Origin: Tubulanus polymorphus
Lineage: Eukaryota; Animalia; Nemertea
NCBI RefSeq assembly: GCF_964204645.1
Contig: NC_134025.1
Span: forward strand, 17,831,101 to 17,895,100
Direction: 5' to 3'
Length of the DNA stretch: 64,000 bases
Below, piece after piece: positions 24,851 through 38,494 of the stretch. Made by a program: the position numbers and the translations under genes. Below the pieces are notes generated by a model that saw only the letters and a program-made list of their open reading frames with translations, was not told where the DNA came from and ran no database searches. The stretch's first letter is position 1. Every line of letters begins with the position of its first letter.

Positions 24851-27800
24851 AGAAAATTCCAATGAAAGAAAAGAACGATTAGAAAATATGAATGTGGATG
24901 AAATAAAATGTGAAGTTTGTAATGAATTTATAGCAAAAAGGAATTAAAAAAGACATCTCGAATCGCAAAAACATAAACAAAATTTAAGTAATAATGTTTT
25001 AGGAACAGATTATTTTGATGATAAACCTCAACAAGTAAAAAACCAGTTTCAAACACTAAATCTATTTTAAATAAACCTTACATAGAAAATGTTAGAAATT
25101 ATATCGATTCACTAGAAATAAAAGATACAATTGAAATTTTAGAAACATTACGCAGTAAAATTGGACCTGCAGCTATTATATTTAGATTTTTTAAAGGTAC
25201 AACAATAGAAGATTATAATAAATTTATTGAAATCATGGAAAAAATACTAGATTTGGTAACAGATGTTGAATATCCAAAAATTAGTATTTCTGGAAAAGTA
25301 AGTTTTATCAAATCAGAAGAAAAAATGGATTATAATATTCAAACACACTCTGAAGAAATAATTTCAAAAACACAAATAAAAGAGAAATTAGAAAAAATAT
25401 TTAATGAATTTAAACGTCATATTGAGGAAAGATATTTTGAGGGTTCTGGTTTAACATTGAATGAAATTATATTTTTAGATTTGAATATTTATAATACAAA
25501 AAGGAATAAAGCATCAAAAAGTAAAACAATGTTTAAAAATAATTCAAACTTTACAACAGCAAAGGATATTAGAGCATCATCTTATATTAAATTTACATTT
25601 ATGTTTTCTTAATAATTTGTTTTCTATGGTCAATTATTGGTTGTTTACACCCAACAGAAGATATTACGCATAGTTTTAGAATAACAGATTACCGGAAATA
25701 TGAAGCATTATATAAAATTGATCAATATCTTGTAACTATAAAAATGATACCTAAAATAGAAAAAGTTAATAATTTAAAAATGAATGTATTCGAATTAATG
25801 CAATTACCAGAGGCAAAAGGTGAAAATATCAAAGATTATACATTGGAAGCTTTATATTTAACAGAATAATATGATGATGAAAATGTTATAGATTTGTTAT
25901 TTTACAAAAAAGATGAACATGAACATTATATGTGGTTAAAACAAATTGATTTATTCTTTAGAACAACAGAAAGTGATCATCATCGTAAAATTGATCTATG
26001 TAGAAAATGTTTATTTAAATTTATGACAGAGAATGCGTTACTAAAACATAAAGAATTATGTGATAATAAAGGTTTTTGTAAATTAATAATGCCAACAAAA
26101 AAAGATTGTAAGTTGAAATTCATTAATCATAAATTTAAAAATATTGTTCCATTTGTAATTTATGGGGATTTTGAATCGTTGACTAAAGAATTAACTGATC
26201 AAGATAGTAAAGAAATATATAACAAAAAGCAATTTTTAAAATTAATGGATAAAGGAAATGAACTAAATGAAGATATAATTCAAGACCCACCAATTATAAA
26301 TACAATTTAAAAAGTTCATCAAAGAGCTGCTGCTTATGGAATTTATATGAAATCAAATTATACTGAATTATATGAAAGTCAATATATTTCTTTTAGAGGT
26401 GATGATGTAGTAAATAAATTTTGTGATAAAATAATTGAAATAGAAAATGATTTCGCAAAATTATTAAACAAAAATAAAAGAATAGTTATGACAAAAGAAG
26501 ATGAAATTGATTTTAATTATGCAACTCATTGTTGTTACCGTGAAAAACGTTTTTATTCATTTGATAAAAAAGTAACAGATCATGATCATTTAAATTCAAA
26601 ATATCGTGGAGCTGCTCATGAAGATTGTAATTTACAAGCTAAGAAAGTTAATTTCGTGCCAATTTTATTTCGTAATTTATCAGGCTATGATACCCATCTA
26701 TTTATAAAACAATTATCAGGAAAATTGGGCGCAATTAATCAAGAAATAGAAGAATATAATGCTATGAATGAAGCAAATGTAAGAAAATATGATATTACCC
26801 AGAACATTTAGCCGTAGATGATAGTTATTTAAGTGAATGCCAGAAGAAAATAAAACCGAAAGATCATGTTTTTACAGAAAAATTAATACTTACTCAAAAT
26901 AATGAATACAATTATATTGTTCATTATAGAATGTTAAAATTTAATCTAAAATAAGGAACGAAATTAAAGAAAGTACATAGATATATTGAATTTAATCAAT
27001 CGAAGTGGTTAGAAAAATATATAGATTTTAATACTCAACAGAGAACCATATCAAAAACAGATTTTGAAAAAGATTTCTTCAAATTAATGAATAATAGTTT
27101 TTATGGAAAAACATGTGAAAATATTAGAAATAGAAATGCTATTGAATTAGTAAATAATCCTGAACGATTAAGACATTTACAATCAAGTCCAAGACATTTA
27201 GGAAATAAAAGATTCGAAGATTATGTAACCGCAGTAAAATTAAAAAGAACGTCAATGAAATTTAATAAACCTATATTCATTGGTTCAACTGTTTTAGAAA
27301 TATCAAAATTATTAATGTATGATTTTTATTATAATGTTTTACAACCACTTTTTGGGGAAAAGCATATTGAAATATCATATTTTGATTCTGTTACAGCTGA
27401 CACCCCAATATTATTAAAATGTAATGATTAAATATTGATAAGAAGAATTTCAGAAATAATTCCAAAGCAAAATGAACGTTATATTTCATATGGTGAAAAA
27501 GAATTAATACAAATAAATGGATTAATGGATGTTTGGACAAGAAATGGATGGAAAAAATTAAAGAATATTATTAGGCATAAAACAAATAAGAAAATCTATA
27601 GAGTTAGAACTAAATTAGGGTTTGTAGATGTTACAGAAGATCATAGTTTAATTAAACGAAATGGTGATGAAATAAAACCAACTGATATAAAAATTGGAGA
27701 TGAATTATTACATAAAACATTTTACCCAAGAATGAATCATATGTCATTTGATGAAATAATTGATAATATTTATAATATAGAACCCAAAACATTGGTAGAA

Positions 27801-28852
27801 AAAGAATATTTCATTAAAGGATTTTTTTATGGGTGATGGTTCAGCAGGTGTGTATAAATATGTTAGTGGAACTAAATATTGTTGGTATTTATGCAATCAA
27901 GATTTGAAATTATTAGAAAGAATAAAGAAATACTGTGAAGTAGTTTATTCGCACAAAGTTTTTAAAATCATGGATGTTATGAAATCATCAGCAGTTTATA
28001 GAATACTTGTAAATAATCCTAAAAATTTTGCTATAAAATATAATGATGAATTCTATATTCATGCAATAGTGAAAAGTAATACTTCGACCAAAGAAAAGAT
28101 AGTGCCAGATTATGTATTAAATGCAGTTATGAGTTCTCCAGTAATAAGATTTGCACAAAAAGGAAAAGTTGTAATAAGTGGTTTAAATGTGTTGTGTCAT
28201 TCACTAGGTTTTAATATGCGTTTTGAAATTATGAAAGATTAACCAAATTGTTTTAAGTTAACACATGTAGAAAAAGAATTAACTGAAGACGTTAGAGATT
28301 TATTTAAAAAATATTACCCAACAGATTATGTTTATGATTTATCAACTGAAGATGGAACATTTAACTGTGGATTTCCATTAATTTGCTTAAATACTGACGC
28401 CTACATACTAAAAATCAAGACAAATGACATAACAAAAGACTTAAAAACATTAAAACATCATATTGACTTTAGCAAAAGATCCAAAAGATCATGAATTATT
28501 TAGCAATGATAATAAAAAAATTCCTGGTAAGTTTAAAGATGAATTAGGGGGTGATGAAATGATTGAATTTGTTGGGATAAAAAGTAAAATGTATAGTTAT
28601 AGAACAAAAGATCATGAAGCTAAAAAGTTAAAAGAAAAAAGCACGTGGTTGACAAACATATAGAATTTCAAGATTATATAAAGTGTTTATATAACTCAAT
28701 TGTAATGAAACATAAAATGAATTGTTTAAGATCAGAAGATCACAAGATGTACATTAATGAAGTTGAAAAAAACTAGTTTAAATCCATTCGACGATAAGAG
28801 ATATATTTTGGATGATGGAATAAAAACATTAGCTTATGGCCATTTAACATAA
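24851..28852 (+). pseudogene. Protein-primed family B DNA polymerase (pPolB) with intein, degraded (piece A')
   Basis: ZnF N-terminus, VIYGDFES, EndoVII-like DHDHLNSKYRGAAHEDCN, FRNLSGYD, KLMNNSFYGKT, YFD|intein|TDA, GKFKDE, KMYS, FDDKRY. Many stops and frameshifts and a deletion near 26805. Confidence 0.93.
27387..28392 (+). mobile_element. Intein with LAGLIDADG homing endonuclease in PolB motif C (degraded)
   Basis: Block A SVTADTPILL, block B VDVTEDHSL, LAGLIDADG-like FIKGFF(M)GDGS, block F YVYDLSTEDGTF, terminal CLN followed by Thr. Absent from the PolB of copy B. Confidence 0.92.
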
Positions 28853-29809
28853 AATCAAGATCATCATACTCGAAATCACTACTGGTTTTTTTATGAAAAG
28901 GATGAAATAGTACGGCGCGTACGGCCCGACTTCCTCCACCAAAAATTCGTGCTTTCAACATGTTTCAGTCATTGTCGTGGGCCGGCTATAAACAACTACA
29001 AGAAAGTGATTCATCCTTACCTTTTACGTTGTTGTTCACTAGAGCTTATACACAACACAACAATACACAAACAAGTTTATAGCGAGAAATCAATTCGAGC
29101 GCATGTAAATACAAAATGGTGTCTGAGCAGTAGCACGGTACGCACTAAATTCAAAATTACTTTATTACCAATATTTTCTAAGCATAGTTTCATTGGTTTC
29201 CTCATTAATTAAATTTAGACCAAACTAAATCATAATATTTTTAATAACCTACAAGTACATTATGAACTTTTGAATGGTCTAACCCAGTATAGTCCCCCGT
29301 GATATAGAAATTCTCGGAGCCCTCCTTTATTTACTTACTAAATGACGTCACAAACTGTTATTTCGCCGGTGCTTGTTGTCTAACAATTCAATTCAATTCT
29401 TTATTTACAGTAACCTAATAAGTAATTTTAAGTTTCAAATAGGATGGAAAGTACATTTAGACAATCTGTTGGTTCAGAGAGACCGTTATTACAGTATCAA
29501 CATACATTTCGTTTCGAAGCTGTCAGTTGCCGAATCTGAATGAAGATGAATTTTATTTGACGAAATCGGCGGAAAATATATTATAATAATAATAATAATC
29601 AACAGAATTTCAAGAGGGTTTTCGACGAAAGTCAGAAAACCCTAAATAGGGATAATATGAAAATTTATTTTTCATTTTTTACTCACTCGCCCCTTCAACC
29701 TTTAACCTGAACCCCTATTATCCATATTACTCTTAAAATATTCATATATATGAATAACATATAAACGAATAACTTCTAAATCAATTTAGTAAAAAAATTT
29801 GATATTAAA

Positions 29810-30461
29810 ATGGAACCAGAACAATCACAAACTATCAATATTACAAATAATACTGGCGTTATAAATATATACTATAAGAAGTGTTCTACATGTGAATTAG
29901 ATAAATTAGCTATAACAGAATTTAGTAAGTGTAAGATTAGCAAAGATGATTTTCAATATTGCTGCAAAACTTGTATTAAACTATATACTAAGCAATATCG
30001 AGCAGATAATAGAGAACATTTTAACGATTATATGACAGAATATATGAGAAGAAGATATAAAAAAGATCTTAATTTAAAATGAAACAACGTTTAAGGTCTA
30101 GATTAACACAATTATTCAACAAAGAAACGCATTCAACAACACTATCTTATTTGTTGGGTTGTACAGATGAATTTCTCAAATCATGGATAATATATCAATT
30201 CGACGATAAAATGAATATAGATAATTATGGTGAATACTTTCATATTCATCATGTGTTGCCGATTTCTAAATTTAACATGAATGATGAATACAATCAGAAG
30301 TTAATATGGAATTGAAGAAATTTAAGGCCTCTTGAAAAGAAGGAAAATATAATTAAATCTAATAAACTAGACTTTCAGTTATATTTAGATCAACTGGATA
30401 AAGCAAAGACATTTGTTGAATTATGGAATTCAACACAGAATGAAAAATACGTTGAATCTTA
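29810..30461 (+). pseudogene. Zn-finger/HNH endonuclease
   Basis: Homologue of 52664-53314 with a frameshift near 30075 and a stop at 30313. Confidence 0.85.
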
Positions 30462-30549
30462 AGCGTTTATAATAAGAACTCTACTCGAGTCGCTCGTGTA
30501 TGTGTGTATATAGCTCTCCATTATAACTGCCTATATGCAATTATACTAG

Positions 30550-31373
30550 CATCTGTGCCACATTTTATATTCAGTTGAATGGGGAGTACCTCATTTGAAT
30601 ATTGATCGAACGTGCTCTTTCAGTTGAAAAGGATTAATCAATTTCATCACAAAAGAACATCTGTTGCACAGACAGACCAGGCCTGGGTATATTGAGCGCA
30701 GACGCATTACAACAGCCGAACTGAAAAGGTGGAATATAGAACGCATAGGATTTCTAGAAACACAATTAGGAGTTTATAGTTATAAATGTAAGTACTGTTT
30801 TTGTTGTTATTAAGACGCTGGGAAACGTTACGCATGTTATAGTGTATTAATCTATAATTGAAAACTACAACTTCAAGTTAGTTTTATTCTACGCTAGATA
30901 TTTATCTTTTAGATAACAAAATGCTACGCGTAACAAGAAGACCATTGCTATTTGAACCAAGAAAGTGAAGATAGGAGGATGTGGAATCAGAAATTATGGA
31001 TATTTCAACTCATGAGACCGTAGCAGTTTAGCCATACTGTATAGACTTTCAATGCATTACGTTTGCCGGAATTTCAATTGCGTCATTCAGCTGTTGTTAA
31101 TGTTGCAGTGACAGATGTTGTATTATACTTTATTGATTCCCGCATTCCCGCATACCTTACCGCTCATGAAATGAGCGGCTTGGAATGTGGAAATCGATAC
31201 TGAATGTAGAATAAAATATATGTGATTATGAAATAGTAATTCCACCAGTCGTTTCTTTGAATTGATTTTCAGTTTGACGATTTATTATCAAGGATCCGAA
31301 ATGACTTATCTTGACAGTTTTAGTTACTGCTCCTAATAGATAGACAAAAGTAGTGAGATAATCTAAATCCTAA
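30550..31373 (+). ncRNA. Candidate large structured ncRNA (copy B)
   Basis: No ORF, GC-richer than flanking viral genes, conserved with 53385-54235, and stems preserved by compensatory changes. Confidence 0.6.
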
Positions 31374-31600
31374 TTTAAATAAAATATATTAGAAATTACA
31401 TACCTTCAACTAGCCATTATTTCTATAATATTTTTTTTTCTCAAAAATCTATTATTTCTTTTCAAAAAGAGAATACTTTATATTTTGATAAGATTCGAAT
31501 AGAAATTCTTTAACTTAACTAAGCTAGTATTTAAGATTCTTTAACTTAACTAGCTAGTATTAAAATATTATATTTTTCTTGCTTTTTCTCTCTAATATAA

Positions 31601-32172
31601 ATGTCAAAGAAATCTAATAAGAATAGTATTGATATTGAAAAAACCTTAGATGATTTGGGCATTAGTGATAATAAGGATATTCCAACCAAAATTGAAAATA
31701 ATATTGATTATAATATTGATTATGAATACTATTTAACATGTAAGCACCATCTTGAACTATTGATTGCTGGTGGAAAATCTAAAGAGTTTATTGGCAAAAT
31801 AATAACTTTTCAAGAATTAGATGCCATGAAACCAGATAAAGTAATCAAACACAAATATATGAAGAAGCTAGATTGGCCCGAATAAACGATTCTATTTCGG
31901 ATGGTATTATAAAATGTTACTCTAAATTATGTAACCGGATAATACCAATTGATGATGAAAATAAATTATATAGTGATTTAAAAAATGACTATTTAGTTAT
32001 GACAGAATTACAGAAACGGGTTGGATATGCTTTATTCCAATTAGGTGGAATAATAACATTGATTTCTACTGGAGTTATAACATTTTCTAACATTAAACCT
32101 ATAGAATATAAAGACAAAAGTAAATCAGATAATATCGAATCAGAACAAAAATTAACTAAAATAAATGAGTGA
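31601..32172 (+). pseudogene. Conserved Polinton protein (homologue of 54467-55069)
   Basis: Two ORFs joined by a frameshift, both matching 54467-55069. Confidence 0.8.
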
Positions 32173-32523
32173 TGATGTTAAGAAGAAGCCTAGATCTGAA
32201 AAACAAATTAAATGGGCAAGGGAATTAGGTAAAAGATCTTCAGAATTAAAAAAGCTAAGAAAAAGAAATTAACTGATATAAATGAATCACAGAAATTATC
32301 TGATATTGATTCAAATGATAATCCATCTAATTCTTCTAATGCTGGAAGTAATAACAAATTATATATTACAATTGGATTAGTTACAGTTATTATATTATCC
32401 GGTGTAATATATAAATCTAAATTTAATAACAATAATGATTCCGATGATAAACCTATTATACCAGAAAATAAGTCAAATGATAAAATCATTGAAACTAAAT
32501 CTAAATTATTATTAATGGATTAA
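32165..32523 (+). pseudogene. Small basic transmembrane protein
   Basis: MSDDVKKKPRSEKQIKW start; frameshifted homologue of 55062-55544. Confidence 0.75.
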
Positions 32524-32529
32524 AATAAG

Positions 32530-33614
32530 ATGAAAAAAGAACAATATTTAAGAGATTTATATTATAACCCAGAGAGTGAAGTATCATATTCTAGTGTTAG
32601 AGAATTATGGGATAAAATTATATCTGATAAAGAAAATATAAAATATAGTGAGTTAAAATTATGGTTACAAAATCAACCAACATATCAAATCCATAACAAA
32701 ATGGATAACAATTATTTAACAAGAAAAGTTATGGTTTCATATATCGATCAACAATGGCAAGCTGATTTAATTGACATGAAGAACTTAGAAGAATACAACA
32801 AAGGATATTTCTGGATATTAAATGTTATAGACATATTCAGTAGATACGCATGGTCAATTCCAATCAAAAATAAAACTGGTATAGAAGTTACTAATGCATT
32901 TAAAGATATATTTAAAGAAGCTATTCCAGGTAAGATACAATTCGATGAAGGTAAGGAATTTTATAATAAACATTTTAAAAAACTATTATCTGATAACGAT
33001 GTAGAATATTTTTCGACTCACTCAGATAAAAAAGCATCTATTATAGAAAGATTTAATAAAACATTGAAAACTAGAATGTGGAAATATTTTACTGCTAATG
33101 AAACATATAAATATATCTATGTGTTAGATGATTTAGTGAAAGGTTATAATAATTCTAAACATAGTTCTATAAATATGAAACCTATACAAGCTAGAAAAGA
33201 AGATAATTCAGAAATAGTTTGGAATAATTTATATGGTGCGTTTGTTACACATGATTTCGGAGAACCTAAATTAAAATTGGACAACATGTTAGAATATCTA
33301 AATATCGAAAAACATTTTATAAAGGTTATACTCCAAATCTTACTGAAGAAATATTCAAGATTAAAAAGATAATATTAACTAAACCTTTTGTTTATAAATT
33401 AGTAGATTTAAAAGTTGAAGAAATATTAGGTTATTTCTATGAACAAGAATTATCACTTGTACCAAATCCAGATGAAATAGAATACAAAATAGAAAAAGTA
33501 TTGAAAACAAAAACTCTTAAAGGAAAAAAGTATTCTTTGGTGAAATATAAAGGGTATGATGATAAATTTAATGAATGGATTTTATCTAGTAAAATTAAAA
33601 GAATAAATGAATAA
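32530..33614 (+). pseudogene. RVE integrase with chromodomain
   Basis: DDE core (WQADL, FDEGKEF, IERFNKTLK); frameshift near 33275; chromodomain YKIEKVL...LVKYKGYDDKFNEWI. Confidence 0.93.
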
Positions 33615-34215
33615 AGATTTATTTATATTTGAACCACATAATATGTTAGTTACTGGGGTAACCAACTGTGGTAAAACGCATTTCATATCAGATTTGTTAG
33701 AAACTATTTATAAGAATCATTTTGATAAAATAATATTATTCTGTCCCACTTATTAAATGAATAAGACATATAATAGGGATATAGTTCAGATAAACAAGTT
33801 TATTATATTAGATCCTAAAACAGTAAAAGAAAATTTAGATAATTGTATAAAAATAGCAATTGATATTTATAAAGGTTCAAATACATTATTCATTATAGAT
33901 GATTGTGCAAATGTACATGATTCAAAAGTTAGAGAAAGTGAACTATGCTATTTAGCTTTCTCTGGGAGACATTTTGGGATAACAACATGGGTTTTAAATC
34001 AAAAATATAATTCAATTGTTAAAGATTTTAGGGAGAATATAAGATTTTTAGTATTATTCTACAATAAAGATAGAAAATCTATGCAACAATCATTGGAAGA
34101 AAATCAAATTATACCTGAATTACATGATGAATATATGAATAAATTAAAGAATAATAAATGTTCCAAATTACTTCTAAGGCTTCAATTTCCATATGAATAT
34201 AAATTTATAAAATAA
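33607..34215 (+). pseudogene. Packaging ATPase
   Basis: Walker A GVTNCGKT, Walker B FIIDD, GRH..I and Q motifs; stop at 33754. Confidence 0.9.
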
Positions 34216-35149
34216 GGTATTTTAAGTATTTATGTATTAGATACGTATTAGGTACGTATTAGATACCTTAATACTTAAAACCCCCTTTTTTAAAATATAT
34301 ACTATTTATTTTAATTTTTCAACTAAGTTTGAAAATAATAAAGGTTATTTTAGATTAATACATATTAGATACATAAATATTTAAATATGTATTAGATACG
34401 TATTAGATACGTATTAGATACCTAGTTGCTTAAAACCTCGTTTTTTTAAATAAATATTATTTATACAATTTTCAACCAATTCATTTTTATTTTTTCAACT
34501 AAGTTTGAAAATAATAAAGGTTAATTTTTATTAATGAGGTTTCAATATAAATAAAAAAAATTATAACTTAAGGTATTTTCAAATAATATGTATTAGATAC
34601 GTATTAGATGCATAAATACTTAAAACCCCTTTTTTATTAACTATTATTTTATACAATTATCAACTAATATATTATGTGCGTGTTAGATAATTATCATTAC
34701 TATCTGAATCACTTTCATCATCAGACCCTAACAATTTATTCAACATATCTACCGAATCATTTTCACAATAAGCCTCTGATAAATTAACCAAATTAAAATC
34801 TTTTTTTGATAAAACTTTCTTAGTGCCTTCATCATTATAATCAATATATTTACCTGTAACTATATTTTCCTTATCCTCTTTCTTTGTGTTTGACTCCAAC
34901 ATTTAATTTACAATGTTTTATCCTAATATTTTTTCCTAATATTTTTTAGAGGGTTTGAAAAAGCCGTATTGTGCTGCCACGTAGTGGCAACAACCCCGCA
35001 GTACACGATTAAACCAAGATGACGCGACGATCGTAATCGACCGACGCTTCGTTGATTTTGGCTCTGGTTTATATATGAGGTGTATTTGACGGAACCAATC
35101 GCTATTTGAAAAAATTACCATAAATTTATGTTGTTCATTAGATATCTTT

Positions 35150-35462
35150 ATTCTTATTTTATTAGTACTATCAATTTTATTAAATTTAATTTCAAATACA
35201 GAAGTTCCCCCGATTTTCAACCGAGCTCTTCTATTAATTTCCTGCGCTAATGGTTCTAAATTATAATCCTGGTTTTAAAAATAGATGAAACCATTTATCT
35301 TTATTTCTCATATAAATCATAAACCCTCTATGTTCAAAAGTTTTATCCGATATATTATAAAAAGAATTACATAAATTGTAATTGTACTAGTAAATTATGT
35401 GATTTAGAATTTAACAGTTTTCTAGAATCAACAAATATTCTATATTCATTTAATTCTACCAT
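35150..35462 (-). pseudogene. Probable minor capsid (penton) protein, 5' part
   Basis: Homologue of 46473 (EYRIFVDSR...NSFYNI). Confidence 0.55.
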
Positions 35463-35524
35463 TTATTTTACATATTTTCTTATTCGAAATCTATTTCATG
35501 GTGCCCTTTTTCATTCTTACCTTT

Positions 35525-35833
35525 TTATACGAAATAGAAATCACCTGAACATAATTCTTCTAAATCTTCACTTGATAATCTATGAAATCTATCTGGTAAA
35601 TATGTTCTGAATTTATATTTATTTCCTTCTAATCCTTCATATTCTAAGTGGATAACTAATTTACTACCATATCTATTAGTAACTGTATCAATATTTGTAA
35701 TTATATATTTCTTATGAATTGTTAATTCTGTTAACTTCTTAAATTTATAATCTACTGATTTGACATTTGAAGTAACTTTTATTCTATCTAGAAATGATTT
35801 GTTGTTCTCACTGTGTGCTTGTTTACTCTCCAT
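35525..35833 (-). pseudogene. Small protein directly downstream of PolB (homologue of 46105)
   Basis: Near-identical to 46105-46458; TAAATG start. Confidence 0.75.
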
Positions 35834-35882
35834 TTATAATACATACTTTTATTAAAATTTGATTAACACGCTAGAATTCTTT

Positions 35883-37716
35883 TCATAATCCATTCTCTTT
35901 TGTTTCTTCTCTTTTAAATATTAAGTATTCATCTAAATTGCAACCATAAGCAACTGTGTGTATACCATCATCTAAAATATATCTTTTATCATCAAATGGG
36001 TTTAGACTTATCTTCTCTATCTCTTCAATAAACATTTCATGATCTTCAGATCTTAAACATTTCATCTTGTGTTTTCTAACTTTTTCATTGAATATACAAT
36101 TGATGTAATCTTTGAAATGAATATTCTTTTCTACTACACTTTTGGTTATTCCTTTTAACTTTTTAGCTTCATGAGTTTTAGTTCTATAACTATACATTTT
36201 AGATCGAATACCTATAAATTCTATCATTTCTTCACCTCCTAATTCATCTTTGAATTTACCAGGCACCTTTTTATTATCATTGTTAAACAATTCATGATCT
36301 TTCGGATAATTACTAAAATCAAAATGATGTTTTAATGTTTTTAAATCATCTGTTATGTTATTAGTTTTTATCTTTAATATGTAAGAATCTGTATCAAAAT
36401 ATAAGATTTCTATATGCTTTTCTCCAAAATGAGGTTGTAATACGTTATAATAGAATCTTTGATATTTCTAAAACTGAAGCACCGACATAGACTGGTTTAT
36501 TAAATTTCATAGAAGTTCTTCTCATTTTAACTGCAGCTAAATTTTCATCAAATATTCTGTTACCTATGAACTTAGGATATGTTTGTAAATGTCTAATTCT
36601 TTTACCAGTACTAACTAACTCAATATCATTTCTATTTCTGATATTTTTACAAGTCTTACCATAGAATGCATTATTCATTAACTTGAAGAAATCTTTTTCG
36701 AAATCAGTTTTAGCTTTAGTTCTCTGTTTGGTGTTAAAATCTATATATTTTTCTAACCATTTAGATTGACTGAATGAAATATATCTATGCACTTTTTTAC
36801 AATCATTCCTTGATTCAAATAAAACTTCAACATTCTATAATGCACTACCTAATTATATTTATCTACCTGAGTTACCATTAACTTTTCTGTATGAATATGA
36901 TTTTCAGGTTTAATTCTTCATGTGTTACAGTTTTATGTTCGGGACAGTATGCTAGATTTCTAGATTTAAATTTAATGTTTTCAGGGTATTCCAAGTCTAC
37001 AACAAAGAAGTAACCAGTCTCTGAATCATCTGCAATATCTAGAATTCTTTTAGAATTAGATTATTTGCATCTATATATAATAACTTATATCCAGGATTAT
37101 CATTTACATTGAAATATCTATCACCTAATACACCTGAAACTCCTCCTCTTATAGATTTTTCAAATAACAATAATTGATCTATATTTGTTAATAAATCCAT
37201 TTTTATATCTGAAAATTTTAAACCACCATCCCAAGTTAATCCTGGGCTAGCATAACAATGACATGGATCAATATTAAAATATTTTCGATTTACATCTCTA
37301 AACCTTTCAAATATATATGTTAATAATAATATATCTGATTTTAAATATGAATCTACTAATTGTCCATGATTTTTTATTTTGAAATGATTCCAAATATTCA
37401 ATGTTCTATTATAAACTTCATATTTAACATATTCGGATCATAAATCATCATAGAATTGTTCTTTTAGTAATTGAGTCATATTAAAATCATTATGATTTTT
37501 ATAAAATGAATATGGAATTGCTCCTTTATATCTCATTAAATGAAAATCATCATCATTTGGATAGTGTTGCTTTAATATTTTTAATTCATCATCAACTAAA
37601 GATTTTGACCAATTATCTAATGAACTACTTAAAAATTTATATGAATCTATAAATCTTAGACATCCAAATTGGAAAGATATATAATTCTCAGATGTTTTAG
37701 CTAACATTTTAAATTC
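35883..37716 (-). pseudogene. Protein-primed DNA polymerase B, intein-free allele, 5'-truncated
   Basis: RFIDSYKF, YLKSDILLL, IRGGVS, YIDANNL, KLMNNAFYGKT, an uninterrupted LYFDTDSY (~36382-36405), GKFKDE and FDDKRY. Confidence 0.93.
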
Positions 37717-38494
37717 CAGCTGCTTCTCTAGCAACGAACTAAAATATTCAATTAAATCATCATACAATATTCTGGCCAACCAGGTTATGGTATAAGGATC
37801 TGTGTCCATTGGGAAGATTCAACTTGACAAAGCCACAGCAATAAACTTCAAAAAATCCTTTGGATTTAATGTTAACTGTTCCTACAACATATGCATATGA
37901 AATCAACCGATTCGAACTAATTTTTACAAAGCTAAAAAATGCTCTGAAGTGCTTCAGATTACACTAAATACTTACGGCTCCTGATTATAAATCATTCTGA
38001 ACAGCCCTGTTAGAAGCTCCTCAGCTTCTTGCTGATGACGAATATCGCCACCAGGAATAATGTCTGAAAGCAATGAAAGGCAATTAAAGCTAACACCAAA
38101 CTGCAACTTTTGCACGAAACATCTGTAACCCCTTAAATGTCCTTATCTTATTCTAAATAAATTTGAGTCTATGCCCCAGTAGTCAGAAATGAACTTGGAT
38201 ATTGCATTCTTCATACAGTTTAAAAGAGGAATTAAGACTTACCATTTACCAGATAAAAAAGCTCTTTGTGGTAGCCACTAAAGCAGTGGTCTAGTATAAA
38301 AATTATGCAATCATCGACTGCATCTACAACAGGAACATGAAAATTATTCAATGTTCTACTTGCTGCAAGACTACATTTTATATTATCATCGAATGTACAT
38401 GTATCTTAAAAAAAACCTTGAAATTACACAGCATAAATGATTTCTTTTTAACATGATCACGATTGGTAGAACACTATATCCGTGTTGACGCGAT

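Larger units (their letters stand above)
29645..37716 (-). mobile_element. Polinton/Maverick copy B (reverse of A, deleted and truncated)
   Basis: Terminal-repeat remnant (29680-29731); HNH, two small genes, integrase and ATPase on plus; ZnF end, penton, small ORF and PolB on minus. Confidence 0.9.

Noticed and set aside
34936-35220. 94-aa minus-strand ORF
   Set aside because: Chimeric across a deletion junction and a short GC-richer insert; not a real gene.
37438-37809. ORF as a PolB N-terminus
   Set aside because: The first ~30 codons come from unrelated flanking DNA; PolB homology starts near 37716.
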